Shown here: in pieces, positions 29,670-38,649 of the stretch
Layout: each line of letters starts with the position of its first letter
How positions within the stretch are numbered: the stretch's first letter is position 1
The notes under the pieces: generated by a model
Told to the model about the DNA's origin: nothing
Database searches by the model: none
Seen by the model: the letters and a program-made list of their open reading frames with translations, nothing else
Made by a program: the position numbers and the translations under genes
Assembly (NCBI GenBank): GCA_965217775.1
Contig: CBDCJH010000002.1
Location: forward strand, 5,568,001-5,632,000
DNA length: 64,000 nucleotides
Source of the DNA: Acidobacteriota bacterium
Lineage (GTDB): Bacteria > Acidobacteriota > UBA6911 > RPQK01 > JAJDTT01
Reading direction: 5' to 3'

Positions 29670-30458
29670 TTATGGGGTGCTGCGCCGATCGCCGCCGTCC
29701 ATGTAGATGGAGCTGCCGAACATGTAGGAGCACACGTCCGACGTCAGAAAAGCGACGACGTCCGCAATCTCCTCCGGCTCGGCGATCCTTCCGGCGGGCA
29801 GTCGACTGCCGAGATCCTTCAGGACATCCTCCACGTCCCGTCCCTCTTCGTCCGCCTTGCCCTGAAACAGATCACGCGCCCTCTGCGTGTTGGTGAAGCC
29901 GGGGCAGATGGTATTGACCAGGATACCGTCCCCTGAGACCGCGTCCGAGAGTGCGCGGGTCATGTTGAGAATGGTGATGTTGGCCAGGCTGACCGGGATG
30001 TTGCCTTGGGCCGGACTCGCACCTGCGCTCCCCGCGATGTTCACGATACGCCCCCAGCCGTTTCGTTTCATATGGGGGATCACGAGTTGGGACATGCGAA
30101 GATAGCCGTAGCTCTTCAGGCCCAGCGCATCGTCGATCACTTCGGTGGGAAGATCCAGGATATCGTGGGCACGTGCCGCGCCCGCGCAATTCACCAGGAT
30201 ATCGATCCCTCCGAACTGTTCCACCGATTCGTCCACGACGCGGCGGCACGCCTCCAGAGCCGTAAGATCGGCCGAAACCGCATATCCTTCGCCCCCCGCC
30301 TCGTTGATCTCCCCCACGGTCCGGTCCAGCAGGCTCTGGTTGCGAGCCGTGATGCATACTCGCGCCCCCTCTCGGGCCAGCGCCAGGGCGCAACACCGTC
30401 CGATACCGCGATTGCCGCCGGTTACGATAGCGCGCTTTCCTTTTAGTCCGAGGTCCAT
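29670..30458 (-). CDS. SDR family oxidoreductase
   Basis: TGGNRGIG, LVNCAG, GRIVNI, GRIAEPEEIA, MDGG; canonical YxxxK not evident. Confidence 0.88.
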   Translation of the reverse strand: MDLGLKGKRAIVTGGNRGIGRCCALALAREGARVCITARNQSLLDRTVGEINEAGGEGYAVSADLTALEACRRVVDESVEQFGGIDILVNCAGAARAHDILDLPTEVIDDALGLKSYGYLRMSQLVIPHMKRNGWGRIVNIAGSAGASPAQGNIPVSLANITILNMTRALSDAVSGDGILVNTICPGFTNTQRARDLFQGKADEEGRDVEDVLKDLGSRLPAGRIAEPEEIADVVAFLTSDVCSYMFGSSIYMDGGDRRSTP

Positions 30459-30502
30459 AGATGTTCCTTTGTCTACGGTGTGCCGTATCGATGAATAGCG
30501 GA

Positions 30503-33058
30503 TCAGTTGCGGACTACTTCGAGTAGGGTGATCTCCCAGGGCTCGAGGGTCAAACGAAGGTCGTCCCCAACCAGATCCCGGTACGTGCCCTCGGTGTCCC
30601 TCGGCCAGTGGCGCCTGACCTGCCAGCGACCGCTATCCTCGAAGGAGCATTCGGCATCCAGTTCGAGGGAAGCTTCTGACGGGCGCGGGGAGCCATTGTT
30701 GAGTGCGATGAAACCCCGGTTCCCCGAGAAACCGAGATACCCGTAGAGCTCGTCCTTCCAGGGGTTGCCCAGAATGAAACGCCGATTGCGGAAGCACTCG
30801 GGGTAAGTCTTCAGAAGCCCGACGAAGTGGGCGAGATCCTCCCTCTCCTGCGTGGTGAGCCATTTCGGATGGGTCCAGATCTGTGCCATCAGGCTGCCGC
30901 GGGAGATGTCCATGACGAAGCCTTCCTGCCAGCGCTCCTGGCCGATCTTGCTGTTCCAACTGGTCGGGGAGAGCCATACGCCGAGCGAGTCCTTGAGGAG
31001 GGAAGGGATGTCGCCTTCTTCCGAGGTGTACCACTCGGCCTGATCCAGGATTCTCGTCACCGAGTCGCGCTGGTACCGGGTGGGCCAGTAGCTGGGCTGG
31101 CCGGCTTCGATCAGCAGCCCCGGGTCCCAGATATTGTCCATCCAGAGGAGCCACCAGGGAGAGCTGAAGCAGCCCTGTCCCATGATCAGGATGTCCGGGT
31201 TCTCCTTGTCGACGGCTGTCCAGGTGTCGATGGCGGCGTCGAATATCGATCGGGTGGAGTACTTGCCCGTTTCATGCCCGTGTCCGGTGTTGCGGCACAC
31301 CAGGCACATGCCGTCCTGGATCAGCACCGAAACCAAGCCTGAGCTTGCATAGCCGACCATGCTCTTCTTGATCGAGTCCGCGTATATTCTGGAGCCTCGG
31401 CATAGGCCTGTGGGGCGGCGGCCGGAGGGGCCTCCCGCTCGAACCTGATCGATGGAACAGACCGCGAACTCCGGATTCCTGGAGCATTCCCAGGCGTGCT
31501 GAGCCTCGAAGCCGATCATGATGGGCACCCCGATCTGACGCGACCTTTCGAACACGCGATCCGGACCGTCGGGCCACCCGCTCCTTCGGAACGGTTCCAG
31601 ATCCCGAACCTTGTAATCCACGATCAGATGAGGAGCCTCCTTCCCACTGCGGTAGAAGGTGCTGTAGTCGTGCTTCGTGTCCCAGAAGAACCCGATCGAG
31701 ACTCCATCCAGTTTCAGATTCTGGTCCCGCTTCATCTCCTCGATCCCATCCAGGATCCCCATCATGTGCTGCTCGTCGTGCCAATCCCCGTGCTCGTCCG
31801 TTTCCCAGGAACCGTAGCTCATCAACAGGGCGTGGGGTTTGTCATGGCCTCGCCGGATCCGCCGCGACCGTTGCTGAATATGGTTCCGAAACGCCGCTGC
31901 GCTCTCACCTCGCTCAGCCACCCCGATCACCACTTCGCTCAGGGCGAGTTCCTCGCCGCTGTCCAACTCGGCGGCCGGAAACTCGCGAAGGCGGACCCGT
32001 CCTTCCCCCCCTTGGACCAGACCGGCCGGGTGGGCGATTCCGAAGAAGATCTGGCCATTGACGTGGACGGGAAAGCCTTCTCCTCCCTCACTCGCGGTGC
32101 CGCCGGTCTGGTAGTTGCCCAGATCGACGTCGAGCACGCGGATCGGATCCGTTCCCCGGTTTGCGATGCTGACAAACTTGCGCAAAAGGGGACTGCCCTC
32201 CCGCCAGGTGTAACGCACCTCGCCCTGTATGGAATCCCCCTGGCTCTGCACCTCGAGAATCAGGGAGTTGCTTTCTCCGTCGCGCTCCAGACGGTGCGAC
32301 GTCACGCCAAAGTTGGCCTTGCGCATCGGCTCTCCGATGGTCACGAACTGGTCGAAGTTGGACTGATAGCCGATGGGCTGGGGAAGTTGCTGGCGGTTTC
32401 GGGAATCCAGGTTCTTGAGTCGGCGCAGCCGCTCACCTCCGGCATTCATCCCCTTCAACTGGAGCACGAGCAGGTTGTCGCCGCCAAACTTCAGAAGATC
32501 GTAGGCCTTTTCGCCGGATTCAAGCCGGAATACGCGAGGCTCGCGCCAGAACCCCGATTCCACCCGTGTCCCGATCTCCGTTCCATTGAGGAAGACCCGC
32601 ATCCAGTCGGCGTCGTTGAGCCCGTGGCCGCCCAGCACGATGTGGACCGGCCGGCCGGCGGCGTCCGGGAGGTGGAACCGGGTCCTGCCCCAGACGTGCC
32701 TGGAGCGATCCGCCAGGACAACGGGAGAGGATTCCCAGTCCGCGTCATCCACTTCGAGGGCGAAATACCGTTTTTCATAGCCCGGATCCCGTTCCGGGGG
32801 AGTCGAACCGAATCCGGCAAACTTCGACGTGACCGTCCGTTTCCACGGACCGAGTTCGATTCGGGAGTCGGAAGCATCGAGGTAGACGGCCAACTCCTCC
32901 CCGTGGCCCAGGGAACAATATTCTCCGGTGAGTTTGTTCGCCATGCCGATGGCCTTGAACGTCTGGAGATCCAAATCCCATCGGAAATTCTCGTTCTCTA
33001 CGGAAACACCTGTCTTGCTGGTGCACGCGGCGAACGTCAGGGCCGCCAGCAGAATCAT
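30503..33058 (-). CDS. Large lipoprotein, glycoside-hydrolase-like (sugar-binding domain + GH27/36-like barrel)
   Basis: FAAC lipobox; beta-sandwich (RVFLNGTEIG, LKFGGDNLLVLQ); barrel-like C-half; family uncertain; start may be an in-frame ATA at 33085. Confidence 0.6.
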   Translation of the reverse strand: MILLAALTFAACTSKTGVSVENENFRWDLDLQTFKAIGMANKLTGEYCSLGHGEELAVYLDASDSRIELGPWKRTVTSKFAGFGSTPPERDPGYEKRYFALEVDDADWESSPVVLADRSRHVWGRTRFHLPDAAGRPVHIVLGGHGLNDADWMRVFLNGTEIGTRVESGFWREPRVFRLESGEKAYDLLKFGGDNLLVLQLKGMNAGGERLRRLKNLDSRNRQQLPQPIGYQSNFDQFVTIGEPMRKANFGVTSHRLERDGESNSLILEVQSQGDSIQGEVRYTWREGSPLLRKFVSIANRGTDPIRVLDVDLGNYQTGGTASEGGEGFPVHVNGQIFFGIAHPAGLVQGGEGRVRLREFPAAELDSGEELALSEVVIGVAERGESAAAFRNHIQQRSRRIRRGHDKPHALLMSYGSWETDEHGDWHDEQHMMGILDGIEEMKRDQNLKLDGVSIGFFWDTKHDYSTFYRSGKEAPHLIVDYKVRDLEPFRRSGWPDGPDRVFERSRQIGVPIMIGFEAQHAWECSRNPEFAVCSIDQVRAGGPSGRRPTGLCRGSRIYADSIKKSMVGYASSGLVSVLIQDGMCLVCRNTGHGHETGKYSTRSIFDAAIDTWTAVDKENPDILIMGQGCFSSPWWLLWMDNIWDPGLLIEAGQPSYWPTRYQRDSVTRILDQAEWYTSEEGDIPSLLKDSLGVWLSPTSWNSKIGQERWQEGFVMDISRGSLMAQIWTHPKWLTTQEREDLAHFVGLLKTYPECFRNRRFILGNPWKDELYGYLGFSGNRGFIALNNGSPRPSEASLELDAECSFEDSGRWQVRRHWPRDTEGTYRDLVGDDLRLTLEPWEITLLEVVRN

Positions 33059-33264
33059 GACTCTTATGGTCCTGAAATTATTTATATCTGTATCCTCCCC
33101 TAAGAATGTATATTCGAGCAGTTGAGCCGAGACATTAATAAAATCGCCTCTTCGTATTTACGTATTTCTATCTCAAGACGGCGGCTACATCAAGCAAAGA
33201 TCGTGATATTCCAGCAAGGGCGTGGGATCGGTGCGTTTATAGCAATGCATGCTAAGATGTTCCC

Positions 33265-35181
33265 ATGCTCCACGTTCCAACAGTGATGGCTCTGGTCGGG
33301 ATCCTGCTACTGGCGCAGGCTGTCGGCGGCCGGGCCGGAGCTCAAGTCGAGCCGGAGCAGGCGCTACGGCGGGCGCTGGAACTCCAGCAGGCCGACGATG
33401 TGGACGGCGCCATCGAGCAGTACCGGGCCTTGCTGGCCCGATACCCGGACCATGCGGAGGCTCGCGTCAAGCTGGGCAACGCCTACTCTACGATCGGCCG
33501 CCATCAGGATGCCGTCACCCAATACGAGCAGGCTCTCGACCAAGGCGGCCTCAGGGATCCGACCGGTGTCAATTACGCCCTGGGGTGGGTCTATTTTCGA
33601 ATGGCCGAGTACGAAAGGGCCAAGCCGATCCTGGTCCGGGTCGTCGCCTCCGGCTCCAAGGGCAGGGAAGCCGTTCAACTGCTGGCATCCTGTTATTTCA
33701 ACTTGGGCGAATGGCGGAAGGTGATCGGCCTTCTGTCTCCGCATGAAGCGGAACTGTCCGAGTCGCCCGCTCTGACCTATCTGTTGGGCGTCGCGCTGGA
33801 AGAAGACGGTCAGATCGAGAGGGGAACGCCACTCGTAGAGACCGCCCTGAAAGAAACCGACTGGCCGACGGCACGGTTTCGGTCTGAGATGCGCTCGGAT
33901 TGGCTCAATCGACTGGCTCGTCGAGGAAGAAGCCTGATGGAGAGCGGGGACTACCCTGGGGCCGCCAGGCATTTGGAAAGAGCCCTCTCGCTCGATCCGA
34001 GGGTCCCCTCGTTGAACGTCACTTACGGGAAGTTGCTCCGGCTCATGAACCGGCACGCCGTTGCGGACCTGGCCTTCCTGCAAGAGCTTGAAATCAATCC
34101 CGACGATTACGATGCCAATTTGTTTCACGGCATCTATCTCTTCGAGAACGAACAGAAATATGAGGAGGCCCTGGCCTGCTTCGAACGGGCGTTGCGCACG
34201 CGGCCCGGCGCTGCCGATGCACGGTTTCAGATGGGACTCGTGTACAATTCCGCCAACCGGATTGAAGAGGCCATTCAAACCGTGAAGGGTGTGGTGGAGG
34301 AGAATTCCAATTTCCTGGAAGGCCATGTCACTCTCGCCGGCCTTTACTTTCGGTTGGGAAAAGAGGAGGAAGCCGAAAGCCACCGGGTCGCGGCCGAGCG
34401 GCTTCGAACCAGCAGGGACGGGCAGCACTTGATCAAGCTGGGGCAACTCTCGCAGGCCTCGGAGCTGTTCCAGCGCCAGAAGGAGGCGGACCCGTCGGAC
34501 CCCGAACCTTACTTCCATGAGGGCGTGGCCCTCTGGCAAGCGCAGGATTGGCAGGGTGCCGCCTCCGAATTCAAAGAGGCGGTGCGATTGGGCGACGGCG
34601 ATCTCAAATACACTCTCTACTATTCGAATGCGCTGGCCCAGTCGGGTCGGCATGAATTGGCGCGGACCATCGTGGAGTCCCTGCATCGGGATTGTTGGCG
34701 CCAACTGGACTCCCGTCAGGCCTGGATTCTGGGAGACACTTATTTTCAGATCGGAGAGCATGACCAGGTTCTGAAGGTCTTGGATTTCCTGGCTGGGAAG
34801 GACCCGAAGAATGCGCGGGTCGATCTGATGCGAGGCCAGATCCTTCTCCGTAAGGGAAACTACGAACGGGCACGGGCGTCCGCTGAAGGGAGCATCAGGA
34901 AACAGCCGGACAATGGCCTCGCCCACGCTCTGTTGGGAACAGCCCGGTATCTGCTCGGGGACCTGCCTGGGGCCAAGGAAGCCTTTCTCAAGGCCGTGGA
35001 ACAGGATCCCGGCAATCCGAATCATCTGCGCAAGCTGGGTGCGCTCTACCTGGAGTTGGGAGAGTATGAGCCGGCCATCGCGACTCTTGAGGGGGCCAGA
35101 CCAGCCGCTGCCAACATTCCCAGTATCCGCCGTCTTCTCGAAAGGGCGTACCAGGCAAGGGGAACCGGTTCCAAGGAATAA
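33265..35181 (+). CDS. Secreted tetratricopeptide repeat protein
   Basis: Signal peptide; many TPR units. Confidence 0.88.
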   Translation: MLHVPTVMALVGILLLAQAVGGRAGAQVEPEQALRRALELQQADDVDGAIEQYRALLARYPDHAEARVKLGNAYSTIGRHQDAVTQYEQALDQGGLRDPTGVNYALGWVYFRMAEYERAKPILVRVVASGSKGREAVQLLASCYFNLGEWRKVIGLLSPHEAELSESPALTYLLGVALEEDGQIERGTPLVETALKETDWPTARFRSEMRSDWLNRLARRGRSLMESGDYPGAARHLERALSLDPRVPSLNVTYGKLLRLMNRHAVADLAFLQELEINPDDYDANLFHGIYLFENEQKYEEALACFERALRTRPGAADARFQMGLVYNSANRIEEAIQTVKGVVEENSNFLEGHVTLAGLYFRLGKEEEAESHRVAAERLRTSRDGQHLIKLGQLSQASELFQRQKEADPSDPEPYFHEGVALWQAQDWQGAASEFKEAVRLGDGDLKYTLYYSNALAQSGRHELARTIVESLHRDCWRQLDSRQAWILGDTYFQIGEHDQVLKVLDFLAGKDPKNARVDLMRGQILLRKGNYERARASAEGSIRKQPDNGLAHALLGTARYLLGDLPGAKEAFLKAVEQDPGNPNHLRKLGALYLELGEYEPAIATLEGARPAAANIPSIRRLLERAYQARGTGSKE

Positions 35182-35202
35182 GACCCCCGCCACCCGGGGA
35201 AG

Positions 35203-36921
35203 CTAATCTCGTTCCTCGACCCTGAGAATCTGGTCGGGGGCGACCTCTCTAAGTACCTGCAGCTTGCCCGAAGCCCAGCGGACCTCCAGCGACTCGATGT
35301 CCTCTTCCTTCCCCAGGCCGAAGTGAACCCGTCGGTCCGGTGAGGACATGAGACCCACCGTGGAGGAAACATGGTTCAGGAGGGTCCTGCCCGAGGCCGT
35401 CCGCAGTAAGACGGTGGCTCCGATCGCATCCCGATTGCTGGCCCGGCCGCGAAGGTCGACCATCAGCCAGTGGTTCCCGTTGTCTCCCGAATTTTGCAGA
35501 ATCCTCGGATTCTGGTTCAGAGAAGTGACGACGATATCCAGGAATCCGTCATCATTCAGATCTCCGAAAGAGGAACCGCGCTGGTAGGCAATACGCAGAA
35601 AATCCTGTCCCAGACTCTTCGAAACGTCGGCAAAGGTCGTTCCGTCCAGGTTTCGCAGCATGGTGTCATGCTGGGCGGTATCGGGGCTCAGATATTCCAG
35701 GCCCCCGTTGGCCGAATAGATGTCTTTCCAGCCGTCGTTGTCAAAATCGATGAATCCGCTGCCCCACCCCGTGAACTTGCGGCTCAGTTTGGCCACCTGA
35801 GTCCGGTAACTGACATATTCGAAGTACCGCCCTCCCTGGTTCTGAAAGAGCCCGTGGAGCTGATTTTTGAGGTCGTTGTAGAAAATGTCGACCTGTCCGT
35901 CATTGTTGAAGTCCTTGGCGTCGGCACCCATGCCCGAGCCGGCCACCGCAGAGCCCTTGTAGGCGACGCCTAGGAAAAACGATGCTTCCCGAAAGCTGCC
36001 GTTCCCCTGATTCAGATAGAGAAAATTCTGCACCGTGTCGTTGGCGACGAATACGTCCGGGCGGCCGTCCCGATTGAAATCGGCAATTCCCAGTCCCATG
36101 CCTTTGCCCAGCGCATTGGTGAGGCCCGCTTTCTGAGAGACATCGGCGAATCTGCCGCCGCCCAGGTTCCGGTAGAGCGTGTTGGAAACGCTGCGGACGG
36201 TTTTGGGACTGCAGTAGAACGGAGTTCCGTCGGGAAACGCACAAGGCTTGTCGGTCTTGGCATTCCAGTAGGTGTATTGGGAGACGAACAGGTCCAGCAG
36301 GGAATCCTGGTCGTAGTCGAACCAGGCGGCATCTACGCTCAGCAGATCGTCCGGTTTGTTGTCGAGGCCCGATCCGGCCGTCACCTCGGTGAAGGTGCCG
36401 TCTCCGTTGTTCCGATAAAGGGCGTTGGGTCCGGCATTGCCGATGAACAGGTCACGGTCGCCGTCGTTGTCGTAATCGCCGACGGTCACCCCGAAACAGT
36501 AGCCCAGACCGACTCCGGTCAGGCCGGCCTTCTGCGTGACGTTCTCGAATCTGCCGTTTCCCATGTTGCGCAAGAGGCAATTGTGAAACGAACGGTCCGT
36601 CTTCTCGACTTCCGGCAGCTTGGCGCCGTTGGTCAGAAAGATGTCCTGCCTGCCGTCGCCGTCGTAGTCGAAGATAGCCACGCCGCCGCACATGGGCTGG
36701 GGAAAGTACTTGCGGCCGGTGAAACTGTTATTGGACTGGTAGCGGATATTCGATCCGGGTGCGATGTCGGTGAACCGAATGGACCCTGCGTCGTTCCCGC
36801 GCGCGTTATTTTCGGATTGGGCACCAAGGACTCCCGTGACTGGGGTCGCCAAGACTGGAATGAGTACGTAACTCCACACCAGGGCCCATCCTGCGGGATG
36901 CATGTGCGTATGGTACGACAA
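35203..36921 (-). CDS. CRTAC1-family protein (FG-GAP + ASPIC/UnbV)
   Basis: DYDGDG/DYDNDG repeats; SNRDAIGA, VHFGLG, WASG. Confidence 0.92.
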   Translation of the reverse strand: MSYHTHMHPAGWALVWSYVLIPVLATPVTGVLGAQSENNARGNDAGSIRFTDIAPGSNIRYQSNNSFTGRKYFPQPMCGGVAIFDYDGDGRQDIFLTNGAKLPEVEKTDRSFHNCLLRNMGNGRFENVTQKAGLTGVGLGYCFGVTVGDYDNDGDRDLFIGNAGPNALYRNNGDGTFTEVTAGSGLDNKPDDLLSVDAAWFDYDQDSLLDLFVSQYTYWNAKTDKPCAFPDGTPFYCSPKTVRSVSNTLYRNLGGGRFADVSQKAGLTNALGKGMGLGIADFNRDGRPDVFVANDTVQNFLYLNQGNGSFREASFFLGVAYKGSAVAGSGMGADAKDFNNDGQVDIFYNDLKNQLHGLFQNQGGRYFEYVSYRTQVAKLSRKFTGWGSGFIDFDNDGWKDIYSANGGLEYLSPDTAQHDTMLRNLDGTTFADVSKSLGQDFLRIAYQRGSSFGDLNDDGFLDIVVTSLNQNPRILQNSGDNGNHWLMVDLRGRASNRDAIGATVLLRTASGRTLLNHVSSTVGLMSSPDRRVHFGLGKEEDIESLEVRWASGKLQVLREVAPDQILRVEERD

Positions 36922-36957
36922 TCATTGGGGTTGGCGGGGACACGGGATATCGGAGCG

Positions 36958-38589
36958 TTACGGCCGCTGCTGCCAGATCTGAACCAGCTCCCACTCCACC
37001 CCTTCCCGGGCCAGGCCGAAGTTTCCCAGGATGATATCGGTGTGGCCGTCCCCGTTGATGTCACCCAGTTCCAAGGTTATGTAGTCGCACGGAATTCCGG
37101 TCAAAGACCGGGGTTGGAAGGATCCGGGTTGGGTCTGTTCGTACCAGACCACTCCCGAAAGATTGGTCTGACGGCGCAGCTCCTCGGTCAGATTGGGAAG
37201 GTACGAGGACGCAACCAAGTCGAGATCGCCATCCCCGTCGAGGTCCCCCGCTTCGGCCCGGAGGGCGCCGTAGTAGACGTCCACCCGGTGGTGGACAAAG
37301 GAAAGCTGGCCCCTGTTCTCCAGCCAAGACAGCCCGTGATAGGGCCTCATCTGTGCGCTGTCGTCCAGGGTATCTCCGTGGGTGAAGATCACGTCCAGGT
37401 CCCCGTCTTGATCCAGATCGATGACCTCGATTCCGCTTGAACCCCAGTGAGGGTGAGGAGCCTTGAACAGGTTCTTCTTTTCAAACACTCCAGATCCCCG
37501 ATTGAGGAAAGCAACGACCGCTTCATGTTCCTGGGACAGCAGGGCGATGAAGTCGGGCCGGCTGTCCCGATCGATGTCCACGATGGGAATGTGGATCGCG
37601 CCGGCACGAGCGTCCAATTCCACGGGTCTGAAATCGTCGGCTCCGAGTTTCGAGGCGTTCTCCGGATGGGACTCGTTCTCCAGGTAGTGGATGCCGCCCA
37701 CTGTCCTCCAGCCGAACTCGGCGACGATGACATCCAGGTCCCGGTCGCCGTCAAAGTCCGCCGCCCGGACATCGGCGACCCTTCCGACCCCGGTGAGCAG
37801 CCGGTGAACCTCGAACTCGCGCCTCCCGGTGCGCCGGAGCCAGGACACGGATCCGGTTCGTTGGTCGGTCGGCTTGGGCCATCCGAGTTCGGCAACCAGC
37901 AAGTCGATCCTGCCGTCCCGGTCCAAATCAACGGCCTCGGCATGGCATGGATTGTTGAGTTGAGCAATGGGCTGGAGGTCCATTTGACCGTCGTCGGGAT
38001 CCGTCCAGCTCACCCATCCGGAGATCATGTCGCTGACCACCAGTTCGGGGCCCTTCCGGTCTGAAAACAGCTCCAGAAGGCGGACATTCGCTGCCCCGGG
38101 CTGGAGCCCGCGAACCGTCTTGCCCGGCAGGAGCCGGCGACTGAACTGAAGCTCCGGACCCCCGCGCTTCGCCGTCCAAGGCGGCGTCTCCAATTGGGCA
38201 GGCGCCTTCGACCGGAAGTAGGAAGCCACCTGTAAGGCGTCGATATCCCAGATCGGCTTGTTGTGGGATTGGAGGAGGGAGAGATTGGCCAGTCTGAATT
38301 TCCTCTGAATCAGGCCGGGCCATTCCTGCTTGGGGAGGATCTCCGGAGGAGTCCATTCGTGGCACTGGGTACAGGCCTTCCGGATCTTTGTTTCCAAGGC
38401 CTCCTCTTCCGTCAGCTGGAGGCTGGAGTGTGAGGAAAGTGAGGGGAGTCCGGGTGAGCGCCCGCCGGCGACGGATCGGCCGGGCAAAAACAAGAGGACA
38501 ATCAGACACAGAACCGGGAGGCAGCCAACGGACTGACCTCGTGTCTTCAGGTTCGAAATAGTAGCTGCTGACATCAGCCTGACTTCCAC
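36958..38589 (-). CDS. Secreted FG-GAP/VCBS repeat protein with an N-terminal CxxCH motif
   Basis: CTQCH after the signal peptide; DLDRDG, DFDGDR, DLDQDG, DLDGDG, DINGDG repeats. Confidence 0.85.
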   Translation of the reverse strand: MEVRLMSAATISNLKTRGQSVGCLPVLCLIVLLFLPGRSVAGGRSPGLPSLSSHSSLQLTEEEALETKIRKACTQCHEWTPPEILPKQEWPGLIQRKFRLANLSLLQSHNKPIWDIDALQVASYFRSKAPAQLETPPWTAKRGGPELQFSRRLLPGKTVRGLQPGAANVRLLELFSDRKGPELVVSDMISGWVSWTDPDDGQMDLQPIAQLNNPCHAEAVDLDRDGRIDLLVAELGWPKPTDQRTGSVSWLRRTGRREFEVHRLLTGVGRVADVRAADFDGDRDLDVIVAEFGWRTVGGIHYLENESHPENASKLGADDFRPVELDARAGAIHIPIVDIDRDSRPDFIALLSQEHEAVVAFLNRGSGVFEKKNLFKAPHPHWGSSGIEVIDLDQDGDLDVIFTHGDTLDDSAQMRPYHGLSWLENRGQLSFVHHRVDVYYGALRAEAGDLDGDGDLDLVASSYLPNLTEELRRQTNLSGVVWYEQTQPGSFQPRSLTGIPCDYITLELGDINGDGHTDIILGNFGLAREGVEWELVQIWQQRP

Positions 38590-38649
38590 CGGGGCATCGT
38601 CTACACCATCGAACTTCGGTGCAGTGGCCGTTTTTCTTCCTGACCCGAA

